Shown: positions 48,558 through 58,117 of the stretch, in pieces
How positions within the stretch are numbered: the stretch's first letter is position 1
Layout: the number at the start of each line of letters is the position of its first letter
Position numbers and translations under genes: made by a program
The notes under the pieces: model-generated
What the model was told of the DNA's origin: nothing
Databases searched by the model: none
What the model saw: the letters and a program-made list of their open reading frames with translations, nothing else
Source: a virus
Taxonomy: Duplodnaviria > Caudoviricetes
Virus record (IMG/VR): IMGVR_UViG_3300031519_000015
Coordinates: 9,208 to 73,207 of that record
Reading direction: 5' to 3' (one strand)
DNA: 64,000 nt

Positions 48558-48945
48558 CTGTATCTGAATACCTCAATACTATTATATCAATTTTGTTCAA
48601 TCCACACCACTCTATTTTATCTTCATCCTTTGCTTTTGCAATGGCAAAGTCTGCTTTATTCTTATGAAAGAATGGCGTATACTTATAATGCTGTTGACCA
48701 TGCACCTCTACAGCTAGCATAATCTGTGGTATATAAAAGTCTAAATACAACACGCCTTTTCTGTGCGATGGGGTACTTCCCGGCAATTTTACTTCTTCAA
48801 GTATTCTATAACTATGGTAGATAGTCTTCAAGAGATTTCTTGCGCGAACGTGAAACTTTGATCTCTTCCGCTTGTCGTTTGCGTCTACTGAATAGCTTGT
48901 TAAATTCCAAGCGTACTCTCTCCCATTTATACCAGTAACTTTCAT
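48520..48945 (-). CDS. Vsr-like/DUF559 endonuclease
   Basis: YLDFYIPQIMLAVEVHGQQHY...KDEDKIEWC...IIVLRY. Confidence 0.7.
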   Translation of the reverse strand: MKVTGINGREYAWNLTSYSVDANDKRKRSKFHVRARNLLKTIYHSYRILEEVKLPGSTPSHRKGVLYLDFYIPQIMLAVEVHGQQHYKYTPFFHKNKADFAIAKAKDEDKIEWCGLNKIDIIVLRYSDTDEQWRDQIENGE

Positions 48946-49015
48946 TCAATATTCCTATCACAAGTTTAGCCAGAATAACTCCAGCAGCAATTTCAAATAT
49001 ATTAATTATACTCAT
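48812..49015 (-). CDS. Small membrane protein, 67 aa
   Basis: N-terminal hydrophobic helix IFEIAAGVILAKLVIGIL; ATGA-coupled to the upstream small ORF. Overlaps the N-terminus of the 48520-48945 ORF as called. Confidence 0.35.
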   Translation of the reverse strand: MSIINIFEIAAGVILAKLVIGILNESYWYKWERVRLEFNKLFSRRKRQAEEIKVSRSRKKSLEDYLP

Positions 49016-49131
49016 TTTTTAATTTCCTTGCTACCCCTAGTGTTTTTAGGCACATAGGGGCAGTTCTTACACCCGCTACCACAACAAGCACCTCTACTAA
49101 GTAAATACTCTCTACTCAGTGGTTGTGTCAT
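49012..49131 (-). CDS. 39-aa Cys-rich microprotein, DUF5522-like ([39 protein letters not shown])
   Basis: My translation. RGxCCGxGCxxCPY motif; overlaps the DUF1559 stop and the next start; not in the ORF track. Confidence 0.7.
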   Translation of the reverse strand: MTQPLSREYLLSRGACCGSGCKNCPYVPKNTRGSKEIKK

Positions 49132-50096
49132 TGATTGATTTCTCCACCAGCTCTTGTAATCTGTGTAGCAAATACGCTCAAATTTACGTTCTCATTAATA
49201 GTTCTCACTGAACCGTCAGCGTAACAAGCGTTCATAATGCCGGGATGAAAACTAAATGCTTCACCATTATTAGTAACTCCAAAAGGAATATTACCAGCAC
49301 AATTTTTACACTTGTCTCCATTGCTATCCATGCCGTCTAATTTAAATGGCCCAACACTATCAGCCCAACCGATACACTGATTAGTATCACCAGTAGGGGT
49401 TCCACCATTATTAGTATCAGCTTTATAAGTGTCAGGTCTACTTCCACATTCAATAATCAACATAGTATTAGAAAATCCATCTCTAATGTGAGCATCTCTA
49501 GTTACAGCGTCTTTAATTAGACACCCTTCGTTTCTATCTTTTGCTGCATAGATATCAGAAGCAGCAGGGAATACTTTACTCTTGACTCCCGTGAATGTCT
49601 CATAATCTGTATATCCAAGATTATTAGGGTTCATGCTAATAGCAGCACTGTCATCATCTCTACTAGGCCCATCCACACTAGCATAACCACCAGCGGGAGG
49701 CATAGCAGATGGACACTTGAAGACATTTAAATTTGCAGATAATACTGTAGCATTTTGCTCCCACCAATTTTTAGTAAAATCATATTGGTCTGCTATCGCC
49801 CTTTGTTCCATTTGCCCTAGAACAAACGCTCTCCAACTATGCTCTGTGCCAGAACGATTGCCTGTGTTAGATTTACCAGCAGAATCAATAGTCCAAGAAG
49901 CAGCGGGAAAGTATCGTTGTGAGTCCAAGCTACTGTGCATAGCAAGACCTTGTTGTTTTAAGTTATTTGCACATGACATTCTTCGTGCAGCTTCTCTAGC
50001 TTGCTGTACGGCAGGCAACAAAAGTCCAACAAGTACGCCGATAATAGCAATGACCACAAGTAGTTCGATAAGTGTAAAACCTTTTCGTTTAAACAT
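49128..50096 (-). CDS. DUF1559 prepilin-type N-terminal cleavage/methylation protein with an H-X9-DG C-terminal motif (planctomycete type)
   Basis: MFKRKG|[48 protein letters not shown]...SW...[17 protein letters not shown]. Start set at MFKRK after RBS aaaagga. Confidence 0.93.
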   Translation of the reverse strand: MFKRKGFTLIELLVVIAIIGVLVGLLLPAVQQAREAARRMSCANNLKQQGLAMHSSLDSQRYFPAASWTIDSAGKSNTGNRSGTEHSWRAFVLGQMEQRAIADQYDFTKNWWEQNATVLSANLNVFKCPSAMPPAGGYASVDGPSRDDDSAAISMNPNNLGYTDYETFTGVKSKVFPAASDIYAAKDRNEGCLIKDAVTRDAHIRDGFSNTMLIIECGSRPDTYKADTNNGGTPTGDTNQCIGWADSVGPFKLDGMDSNGDKCKNCAGNIPFGVTNNGEAFSFHPGIMNACYADGSVRTINENVNLSVFATQITRAGGEINQ

Positions 50097-50158
50097 ATCG
50101 TGATTCCTTTTCAATTAATAGTAGGTATAAAGCGAGAGGTACACATTGTACCCTTAAT

Positions 50159-50173
50159 GTAATATTATACCCC
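50159..50173 (-). promoter_or_regulatory. Candidate promoter GGGGTATAATATTAC upstream of the DUF1559 gene
   Basis: Perfect TATAAT in the intergenic gap between recA and DUF1559; related to the motif at 58797-58811. Confidence 0.45.
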
Positions 50174-50204
50174 TGTAATATTTTAAAACAGTGTTAGGAT
50201 TGTA

Positions 50205-51317
50205 TTAAAATAACTCTTTAATCTGATCGTATACAAGCTGGGAAATATCTGGGTTATCATTTAAGAATATGGCTAAATTATTTGACCCCTGAAACTTAAA
50301 AAACCTTTCAATGTCTTCTGGCTTGTCAGGCACTTCATTTGCTTTCATAATTTTTTGTATTGCCGGATGTTCTAGGTTATCAATCGCACATTGAATCGTA
50401 TACCAAGCTCCAGCAGTTTTAATCAGTCTAAACTCACAGGCTATTTGCACAACCTCTTGAACTTCATCCAGACCAATTCCATAACGAATCCAACTTTCTG
50501 CTGTGCTGTTTGGAGTACCACCAGCGCATGATGTTTTAACATTCCAATTAGCAATCTGACCAACGTGAGGTCCAGTATCCTTTGGAACTTGCCATCTACC
50601 ACGATGGGTAATAACCATATTAGTACCAGCCTGATATTGCAACATGTTGCCACAGTCTGCCATCTTTGCTGGTGCGTATGGAGAACCACCAGTGTTTGCA
50701 ATATTATGAGTCACAGCAATAAGAATTGTTTTATTCTTCATGAGAGAGCCGCTGATACGCTTAAAAAACATAGATAACAATCTAGGTAGTGCGTTACGTA
50801 CACCTGTTCGCACTTCACCGTCAAGCTCTACTGATGGAACCATATTGGATAATGAGTCTGCGATAATTAAACAACCCGGATCATTGTTAATATAATACTC
50901 TGTAATATTTAAGAATTCTTCTGCCGACAATATCTTATCATCTGTAGACTGTATAATTAAAATCCGCTCAGGATCTAAGCCCTTTATGCCATCGAAGTTT
51001 TGCTTAGAGAGTCTTCCCTCTGTGTTGAGATAAATAACACGTTTGTCTTGAGCTTGACATTTGGCGGCGAAGTGTAAGGCAGTTGTTGTCTTTCCAGACT
51101 TAGGATCTCCCGTCATGACGACCACAGAACCTTCTCGTAGTCCACCTCCAAGAGCAATGTCTAAAGCTGGAGACACACCAATTACTTCTAGCTGATTAAT
51201 ATTTTCTAGGACTTCAGTACCAGTGCTAACAACATCTCCGTATTTACTCACAACGGAATTACTTACAACGTCTGTTTCAAATTTATTTACTACTTTTTTC
51301 TTCTTAACCTTGCTCAT
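50205..51317 (-). CDS. recA: RecA/UvsX recombinase
   Basis: SPALDIALGGGL..G, GDPKSGKTT (Walker A), YLNTE, IIADSLSNM (Walker B). Confidence 0.9.
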   Translation of the reverse strand: MSKVKKKKVVNKFETDVVSNSVVSKYGDVVSTGTEVLENINQLEVIGVSPALDIALGGGLREGSVVVMTGDPKSGKTTTALHFAAKCQAQDKRVIYLNTEGRLSKQNFDGIKGLDPERILIIQSTDDKILSAEEFLNITEYYINNDPGCLIIADSLSNMVPSVELDGEVRTGVRNALPRLLSMFFKRISGSLMKNKTILIAVTHNIANTGGSPYAPAKMADCGNMLQYQAGTNMVITHRGRWQVPKDTGPHVGQIANWNVKTSCAGGTPNSTAESWIRYGIGLDEVQEVVQIACEFRLIKTAGAWYTIQCAIDNLEHPAIQKIMKANEVPDKPEDIERFFKFQGSNNLAIFLNDNPDISQLVYDQIKELF

Positions 51318-51844
51318 AGATCCCTCAATTTGTTTATAGAACTTTTCTTACTTGAATATTGCTTGCTTCTTGTTTTCAATTTTTTTACTTCTGGCTCTAC
51401 AGTCGCAGCGTCTGCTTCCGCTGACTGATCACGCGATTTTAGAAAATCCTTGTGTTCTTTATCATACCTCTTTATTGCTTCTAACGCAACCTGATTATAC
51501 TTCCATCCTCTAGGTCCATAAGCTTTAAGTCCAATGTGGTATATATTTTTAAAGTGATCTGATTTTACAGCAGCAAGTATTAATGCAGGTTCATATTTCT
51601 TCTTCAAACCTCTAGCGGCTTTCATGTTTCTCATAAACATATCATGATACTTATCACCAGCCGTCCAGAACTTGTAAGATGGTTTATCCATCTTAAATGC
51701 GTCTGTCCATCTAAGGATAAGATACTCTGCAAAGTATGATTCAAATGTGCAATGTTCGCCAGTATGAATATGTTTATAGTTGTATTCTTCTGACCACTCT
51801 TTTTGATATTTTTTACTAAATAATTCAGGTTTGTTGTTTTGCAT
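51314..51844 (-). CDS. Hypothetical protein, 176 aa
   Basis: Coupled ORF in the operon. Confidence 0.55.
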   Translation of the reverse strand: MQNNKPELFSKKYQKEWSEEYNYKHIHTGEHCTFESYFAEYLILRWTDAFKMDKPSYKFWTAGDKYHDMFMRNMKAARGLKKKYEPALILAAVKSDHFKNIYHIGLKAYGPRGWKYNQVALEAIKRYDKEHKDFLKSRDQSAEADAATVEPEVKKLKTRSKQYSSKKSSINKLRDL

Positions 51845-52253
51845 TATGGTAAATTATAGCCTCTTTAAAACACTTACTAACATCTTCTTCAAATTCATCT
51901 TCTGGAATCAAGGATGGTGTAGACCACAGTATTTTACTAACTTTGTTACCATTAACAATACCAGTAACAAAAGTGTCTATAGATTCTCCACCAAAATTAG
52001 CTTTAACACTTCTGATTACATAAGCACCATCAGCTTGTGATACATCTTGTTTAACACGGTGTGACTTATATTGCAAACCAACAGATCTCAATTTAATATT
52101 TGAATTGTCACAATTTTTTTTAAACTTTAACCAATCATCAAAATTTTGCAAGTAATATGTGTCACTATTTGTGACCGCAACTATCCATATATTCTTTGTA
52201 TTAGTGCCTTTATTATACTCTTGTCTAAATTCCTTATCCCCACATAAAATCAT
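51825..52253 (-). CDS. Hypothetical protein, 142 aa
   Basis: Coupled ORF in the operon. Confidence 0.55.
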   Translation of the reverse strand: MILCGDKEFRQEYNKGTNTKNIWIVAVTNSDTYYLQNFDDWLKFKKNCDNSNIKLRSVGLQYKSHRVKQDVSQADGAYVIRSVKANFGGESIDTFVTGIVNGNKVSKILWSTPSLIPEDEFEEDVSKCFKEAIIYHNAKQQT

Positions 52254-52255
52254 TA

Positions 52256-52555
52256 TTATTCCTTTTTATCGGTAATGCTTGTAATACAACTTGACTGCTT
52301 CTTTTCAAAAGACTTTCTTCTATCGTCAGCAATGGTAGATGAAGTTTCAGACATTATTGTGACACCTTTCTGGCGTATAAAATGATCACCAGCAGGGTTC
52401 ACTAATTTATTTTTAGAGTGATTCTTTTTAACGTATGTTTCAACTGATTTTACAGTTCTATCTAAATCGGCAGCTATGTCAACAGCGTCCATTGTTTCAT
52501 GATGGTTGTCGATATAAAATGTTTCTGCTTTACCTAGTGGTCCTTTTTTAGACAT
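52256..52555 (-). CDS. Small HTH-like protein, 99 aa
   Basis: MDAVDIAADLDRTVKSVETYV resembles a helix-turn-helix. Confidence 0.45.
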   Translation of the reverse strand: MSKKGPLGKAETFYIDNHHETMDAVDIAADLDRTVKSVETYVKKNHSKNKLVNPAGDHFIRQKGVTIMSETSSTIADDRRKSFEKKQSSCITSITDKKE

Positions 52556-52883
52556 ATATAAAACTCCTGTTTGCTTTGGTAATGTGAATCTTGTTTTTTG
52601 TAATTAAATATTTCATATAAGAATCTAATACCGCCTGAGTAGTAGTTCTAAGCTTAACACCCATCCTTCCAGCATTTCTATGACCATCTATACCAAATGG
52701 GTCGTACAGAATTCCGTTTAGTGTTAGAACAGAATATGTCTTCTCTTTCCTATTGTCATAGTATAGCAGATCAACAACTTGAGCATACACTAGTTCGTCA
52801 TCCGTTGTAACTGGCTTTCCTTTTCTATTGTACTTCTTTATTGTTTTTTTTTCAATGCCCCTGCCAAAGTCTTGTGTATCCAT
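52548..52883 (-). CDS. Hypothetical protein, 111 aa
   Basis: Coupled ORF in the operon. Confidence 0.5.
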   Translation of the reverse strand: MDTQDFGRGIEKKTIKKYNRKGKPVTTDDELVYAQVVDLLYYDNRKEKTYSVLTLNGILYDPFGIDGHRNAGRMGVKLRTTTQAVLDSYMKYLITKNKIHITKANRSFIYV

Positions 52884-53221
52884 TATTCACCCTTTACTAT
52901 ATAGTTTGTTTTTTGTTGCGCTGACATACTATTAATCTTTGTACGCATTTCTTTATTTTCTTTAACCTTACCATGTTCTTGTTTGTGTTTTTCTTCTATC
53001 TCAGATCTTTGATAATGGCCCATGTTTGACCAATTTTTATCAGCTTGACCACCAATAGTATTAGAGCTGTTTTTCATGAAAGAACCAAGCCCACCATATG
53101 GTACTCTTTCTAAGGAATGTTTACCACACGATGGGCATAAAGTCAACGCTTCGTCATGAATAGATTGTTTAATATCCTTAAGAGTCTCGCCACATTCATG
53201 GCATCCATAGTCATATAACAT
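52883..53221 (-). CDS. FmdB-family zinc-ribbon protein
   Basis: MLYDYGCHECG...LTLCPSCGKHSLERV. Confidence 0.75.
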   Translation of the reverse strand: MLYDYGCHECGETLKDIKQSIHDEALTLCPSCGKHSLERVPYGGLGSFMKNSSNTIGGQADKNWSNMGHYQRSEIEEKHKQEHGKVKENKEMRTKINSMSAQQKTNYIVKGE

Positions 53222-53222
53222 A

Positions 53223-53396
53223 TTAGTACCATTCCTTATTCAATATTAACAATATTCTTCTTGCAAGTGCAGCCTGACCCACGATTCTACCATCAGTGTA
53301 GTCTTCGCCATAACCAATGGTAGCTTCGTGTGTCTTCTGATCTTCTATTTTGTCCTGACAAAGACGTATAAGCTTTGCCCTTTCATCTTCATTCAT
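53223..53396 (-). CDS. 57-aa hypothetical protein (MNEDERAKLIRLCQ...LILNKEWY)
   Basis: My translation; fills the gap between phoH and the FmdB gene exactly, with an ATGA overlap at the phoH stop. Confidence 0.6.
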   Translation of the reverse strand: MNEDERAKLIRLCQDKIEDQKTHEATIGYGEDYTDGRIVGQAALARRILLILNKEWY

Positions 53397-54076
53397 GACT
53401 CTAATGCGTAAAGCACTGCTCCAATAATTCCATTCCTCTGTATATCATGATACTCTAATTTGCAAATTCCAACACCCGGAATATTAGATAGTTTTTCAAC
53501 ACAAGTATCTAAACCACTATATTTAAAGATGTCTGTTTGTTTATTATCACCATTTATAAGCACTTTAGAATGCTTTCCCATTCGTGTAACAAACATTTTA
53601 ATCTGTTCTATAGTACAGTTTTGAGCCTCATCCAGTATCATGTATGAATCATGAAAGGTAGAACCCCTCATGGTTTCCAGAGGTTCAAATCTAATTCTAC
53701 GTTGATTAAAATACATTCCAAATTTGTCTCTACCTAAAAAGAATTTTAAATTTTCTTCCATAGGTTGAAGATAAGGTTTGATTTTATCATTTAGTTCTCC
53801 CGGTAAAGATCCAAGATCTCGACCAGTACAAACTAAAGGTCTAGTAACAATGATAGTATCTATTTCATCTTTAAGCAATTTTTGTGCTGCGATTCCAGCT
53901 GCTATGAAAGATTTACCACTGCCAGACGGACCTGTGCAAAAAACAACATCGTTTTCCACAATAGATCTAATATAATTTTTTTGGTTTTCAGTCTTAGCCT
54001 CCAGAACGTTTGGTTTGTATGCTTTTTTTTCTTGACGCTTTTTTCGATTGTTATGTGCCTGTGCTGCCAAAACCAT
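53393..54076 (-). CDS. phoH: PhoH-like ATPase
   Basis: FCTGPSGSGKSF, TRPLV, LGSLPG, PLETMRGSTF, ILDEAQN, TRMG, GDNKQTD, DIQRN. Confidence 0.92.
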   Translation of the reverse strand: MVLAAQAHNNRKKRQEKKAYKPNVLEAKTENQKNYIRSIVENDVVFCTGPSGSGKSFIAAGIAAQKLLKDEIDTIIVTRPLVCTGRDLGSLPGELNDKIKPYLQPMEENLKFFLGRDKFGMYFNQRRIRFEPLETMRGSTFHDSYMILDEAQNCTIEQIKMFVTRMGKHSKVLINGDNKQTDIFKYSGLDTCVEKLSNIPGVGICKLEYHDIQRNGIIGAVLYALES

Positions 54077-54506
54077 TACTCCCTCGTTGTGAGGTTTCCA
54101 ATTCTTCTCTTAAAAGTAAAGAGATACCGGGAACCTCTTGGAATATAATCTGCGCGATTCTATCCCCACGTTTTATTTCTACATCTACATTAGAAGTATT
54201 GTATAAACAAACCATGATCTCTCCTCTGTAGCCAGAGTCTATAACTCCAGCTAAAACATCTATGCCCTTCTTAACTGCTAGCCCAGATCTGGGCCAAATT
54301 AATCCAGCCATATTGTCAGGCATATCAAACGATATACCAGTTTTAATTGTTTGTCGTTCTTTTGCAAATACCCAAACGTTTTCATCAGCAACCAAGTCAA
54401 ACCCAGCGTCTGATCTATGTGACTTGAATGGCATCTGTGCCGTTTCTGTCAATAACTTATATGATACGAATCCCATCATTGATATTCCTCCTAAATTATA
54501 TCGCAT
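54051..54506 (-). CDS. dut: Trimeric dUTPase
   Basis: AGFDL, PRSGLA, GVIDSGYRGEI, RIAQII, RGSNGFGSTG. True start is probably the downstream MMGF. Confidence 0.95.
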   Translation of the reverse strand: MRYNLGGISMMGFVSYKLLTETAQMPFKSHRSDAGFDLVADENVWVFAKERQTIKTGISFDMPDNMAGLIWPRSGLAVKKGIDVLAGVIDSGYRGEIMVCLYNTSNVDVEIKRGDRIAQIIFQEVPGISLLLREELETSQRGSNGFGSTGT

Positions 54507-56683
54507 TTACCACCAGCACAAGCTACTTCTTGCACTGGATTTACATTATTTTCTTCTTCTATAACTTTAGTATAGTCAATGTCTTTATATTCACGTTTAA
54601 TGTCTAGCCATTCTTTCCAATTATAAACATCTTTCATGCAGTATGTTAGTTGTTTTAAATCACCATCCATATATTTGTCAGCAAACTTTTGACATTTATC
54701 TTGGTATTCTTTTTTATCTGTACCTTTTGCTCTTTTACCAACACCTAGAAGACTATCACATGCTGCCCACAAGTTGTCTTCATAAAGAGAAAGTCCAACC
54801 TCTATTAAGCCACTAACAAACATTGCAGCATCTCCATAGTGCTGTATCTGCTCGCTAGGTAGATAAACTGTTGTGAATGGAGCTTGTGCGTAATCTTTGT
54901 CACCAGCGATTGGCAATAAAGAAACACCACAGAAATACTTACGATGCTTATAAATAAAGTTTGTAACTTCTTCCCATTCGTCTGGTTTAACATTGATAGT
55001 ATTAGAAACATTATGCGTTAACCAAGGTTGAGTACACTGTTTTGGATTTGTGCCACTTACCACCCAATTTCTTTGTGTACTTTTTACGTATTCTAATAAA
55101 GCAACCGCATCAACTTGGTTTTTAATCTTTGCTCCATCTGGAACTTCTACGCAGAAAGCTACAACATCATCTGAGTCATTATTAGACCATACGGACTCTT
55201 CACAGGCTCTAGGATTGATTGTTTTAAAGTACTGGTAGATTGGTTCCATTTTATTTGCTTGGACTCTACGAATGTATCTCTTGGCGTGATGTGGGTGTAT
55301 ACCAGAGGATGTTCCAAGGATACAACTTGATGTACCTTCTGGCTTGACACATGTTGTACGAGCCGCTTGATTAACACTAATTAATTTAGCCAACTCTTTA
55401 TTTGTTTCTTTGACTATTTCCGCGCCCTTCTTTTGCACTTCTGGGTCAAGACAAATTTCATGTTGTTCCATGATGCCTGTCATTGACACTCCAAGTAAAG
55501 CTTCACGACTAATAATTCTTTCTGAAACCTCTCCGAGATATGGGAAGCTAGCAAATCCAGCTTGTAGTGTTCCAATGATTGCAGCGGAAGCACACGCTTC
55601 ATAAAATTCTTTTTTGGTTGTTACCTTAGAGCAGTTAATAGTCGATAGATTACAAGCCTGCCATCCAGTTTTACCTGTCTGTTCATCTACGGGCCACATG
55701 CCAATTTCTACACATGGGTTGACAATGAGTTCTGTAGAATCAGACCAAACAAATCCCGGCTCTCCAAACTCTTTTACGGATTGCATTAGTTCGGAAAACT
55801 GTTCTTTAGTTGTTTCGTTTCGTAATAGTAAAGCAGAGTTGTTTGACCTTCCACGCTGTGGATTTTCTGTGAACCAATTACCAGTTTTGGCTTTAGCCAT
55901 TTCTTCGTCGTCAGCAGAAAAAAGACAAATTGTAGCACTACGACGAACACCTCCGCTAATTACAGCATCAGCGGCATACATTACTATATCATATGCTTCA
56001 ATGGGTCTAAGTTTCTTCTGTCCATTTTTAATAGCTCCGTCAAGGGTCTTCTTTATGCTTGTAAGAGCATTTCTTAAAGGATCTGGGCCGGGAGCCTTTC
56101 CTCCGCTAGACTTTAAATGAGAGCCTGCTGGACGTATTTCTGAGTAATCAAAAACAATTGTTTTGCCGTTATATTCTGGGAATAGATTGTCTCCCTTAAA
56201 GTAACTAGAGATAAGAACTCCAACAGCATCTGACCAGCCTTCGATAGAATCATCAATAACAAATTTCTTTTGACCATTCTTGCCTTTAATTAAGTTGGGT
56301 AGTTTAGCAATATGATGTTTTTGCACAGAAAAGCCAGTTCCACATCCGCATAATAGAAGATACATGCATTCTTGAAAAAATCTTGTTCTATCAACATATG
56401 ATGCAATACAATTATATATTCTAGCATTATGTTTAAATATTGGAGATCCACCAAATTGCAAAGCGCGTTGAGATCCAAGAATCTTTTTCTTCTTCATATC
56501 GTCGTATGCTTGATTGATAGCATTTTTGACTTCTGGATTAGATTCATCCGTTGCATATTTATCTAACATCATTTGTCTTACTCTATCAACTGATTCACCC
56601 CAAGTTTCTCTCCTTAACTTCTCTGAATCCCACCTTGCATATTTAGACACGAAAGTGTAATTCATCAATGACTTGATTGACAT
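54491..56683 (-). CDS. nrdJ: Ribonucleotide reductase, probably class II monomeric (adenosylcobalamin-dependent)
   Basis: RIYNC, CGCGTGFSV, NPCVEI, QACNL, LLGVSMTG, TTCVKPEGTSS, C-terminal ACAGGKCDII Cys pair. No ATP cone and no R2 gene adjacent. Confidence 0.75.
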   Translation of the reverse strand: MSIKSLMNYTFVSKYARWDSEKLRRETWGESVDRVRQMMLDKYATDESNPEVKNAINQAYDDMKKKKILGSQRALQFGGSPIFKHNARIYNCIASYVDRTRFFQECMYLLLCGCGTGFSVQKHHIAKLPNLIKGKNGQKKFVIDDSIEGWSDAVGVLISSYFKGDNLFPEYNGKTIVFDYSEIRPAGSHLKSSGGKAPGPDPLRNALTSIKKTLDGAIKNGQKKLRPIEAYDIVMYAADAVISGGVRRSATICLFSADDEEMAKAKTGNWFTENPQRGRSNNSALLLRNETTKEQFSELMQSVKEFGEPGFVWSDSTELIVNPCVEIGMWPVDEQTGKTGWQACNLSTINCSKVTTKKEFYEACASAAIIGTLQAGFASFPYLGEVSERIISREALLGVSMTGIMEQHEICLDPEVQKKGAEIVKETNKELAKLISVNQAARTTCVKPEGTSSCILGTSSGIHPHHAKRYIRRVQANKMEPIYQYFKTINPRACEESVWSNNDSDDVVAFCVEVPDGAKIKNQVDAVALLEYVKSTQRNWVVSGTNPKQCTQPWLTHNVSNTINVKPDEWEEVTNFIYKHRKYFCGVSLLPIAGDKDYAQAPFTTVYLPSEQIQHYGDAAMFVSGLIEVGLSLYEDNLWAACDSLLGVGKRAKGTDKKEYQDKCQKFADKYMDGDLKQLTYCMKDVYNWKEWLDIKREYKDIDYTKVIEEENNVNPVQEVACAGGKCDII

Positions 56684-56712
56684 GTACCGTCCTCGTATTT
56701 TAAAAGAATAAA

Positions 56713-57357
56713 TTAGTCGTTAAACAAACGTTCTAGCACTTTATTTACAACCCATTTAATAATCATGGGTAGTACCACATATACAAAAAGCCAAGTAAGA
56801 ATGACTGAGCCATAACGTTTTTCAATATCGTTTTGAACGTTTTCTTCAACAAAGTCGTAACAATTATTGTAATGAACGTACCTGTCCGAAAAATCAGCAT
56901 TATCGAAAGTAACACCTGACTGATGACATATTGTAGCCCATTCCTTTGCATATTGCAAGCACTTCTTTGCAATTTTTCTATCTCTATCTAAAGAATATTC
57001 TGAACAAATTTCGTCTTCAATTTTAACACATTCTTCTATGTGTTCTGAATCAATTCTGCTTGGGTCTCCTGCAAATACAGAACCCTCATAAGAGAAGCTT
57101 AAGTCTGGGAAGTTTCTAAGTTTTACAGTACCTCCCGTCTCGCCAAACACAAGACCTTCAACGTATGCGTACAAAGTAATAATCCTAGTTACTTCTGCCT
57201 TGGGTGGATTAGACCCAAATGATATTTCTGTTAAACCACCCTTATGTTCAATGTTAGCTATCAAAGGAGATTTCGATTTTATTTTAAATCCATTTACTGT
57301 GTAACCATCTTTTGAAAATAATTCTGTAAATATTGTTGATATTTCTTTTGGTGACAT
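56713..57357 (-). CDS. Hypothetical protein with a C-terminal transmembrane helix
   Basis: SVILTWLFVYVVLPMIIKWVV. Confidence 0.55.
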   Translation of the reverse strand: MSPKEISTIFTELFSKDGYTVNGFKIKSKSPLIANIEHKGGLTEISFGSNPPKAEVTRIITLYAYVEGLVFGETGGTVKLRNFPDLSFSYEGSVFAGDPSRIDSEHIEECVKIEDEICSEYSLDRDRKIAKKCLQYAKEWATICHQSGVTFDNADFSDRYVHYNNCYDFVEENVQNDIEKRYGSVILTWLFVYVVLPMIIKWVVNKVLERLFND

Positions 57358-57361
57358 CTGA

Positions 57362-57844
57362 TTACCTCGTGTGAATTAAAACCCAAGCTAGACCTGAAAA
57401 GTTTGCACTAAGATCTATTTTCTCCTCTTGTGTAAGTGTGTGGTTATCTTCTCCTATAGAGCTTTTTATTAAATTAATAATTTCTTTTCCAAGTCCACCA
57501 TACTTATCTACTAAACTGTCTTGAAAAAATATTTTTCCCGCTAAACTATACACATCATTAACTTCTTGAGAAGTTGTTTTATAAGATAAAATTCTTTGCG
57601 AAAATTCGTAATTAAAAATTGCTATTTTAGCTCTATCGTCTGGATCTGAAATCATACTAGAAAAATTACTAACTTTTGCTAATACCTTGTCACTAGGTTC
57701 TTCTACTTTAATAATAGCGGTTGGTGGAGGTTTTGGAATTAAACTAGGAATCCAACTTGTAACATCACTACCAAACACTCCAAATATGATTAGCAGCAAT
57801 GCTAAAGCAGTTCTTTTTGTTTTGTGCATTTTATTCCTCGACAT
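57362..57844 (-). CDS. Hypothetical protein with an N-terminal signal/TM helix
   Basis: KTKRTALALLLIIFGVFGS then a Pro-rich linker. Confidence 0.55.
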   Translation of the reverse strand: MSRNKMHKTKRTALALLLIIFGVFGSDVTSWIPSLIPKPPPTAIIKVEEPSDKVLAKVSNFSSMISDPDDRAKIAIFNYEFSQRILSYKTTSQEVNDVYSLAGKIFFQDSLVDKYGGLGKEIINLIKSSIGEDNHTLTQEEKIDLSANFSGLAWVLIHTR

Positions 57845-58115
57845 TTAACAATGGAAATACTTCATCCAATTTTCCGCTAGCTTCCTTTAAGCCGTATTGA
57901 TCGCAACTTTCTTTAAGTTGATGCCAAAGATCAACAATTTCAAGAAATGTAACTGACTCTGGTTCTGATGGTACAACAATTCTAGTGGTTTTTTTGAAGG
58001 GCCATTTAAAAAAAGATTTAACTTTATCAAACCAATAAGAAAAATTAACAGTTGAAAATAATAATGCTGCTGCTAATGCTACAGCTGCCACTCTAATTAA
58101 TGTATCTATATCCAT
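57831..58115 (-). CDS. Small membrane protein, 94 aa
   Basis: LIRVAAVALAAALLFSTV helix. Confidence 0.55.
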   Translation of the reverse strand: MDIDTLIRVAAVALAAALLFSTVNFSYWFDKVKSFFKWPFKKTTRIVVPSEPESVTFLEIVDLWHQLKESCDQYGLKEASGKLDEVFPLLNVEE

Positions 58116-58117
58116 TT

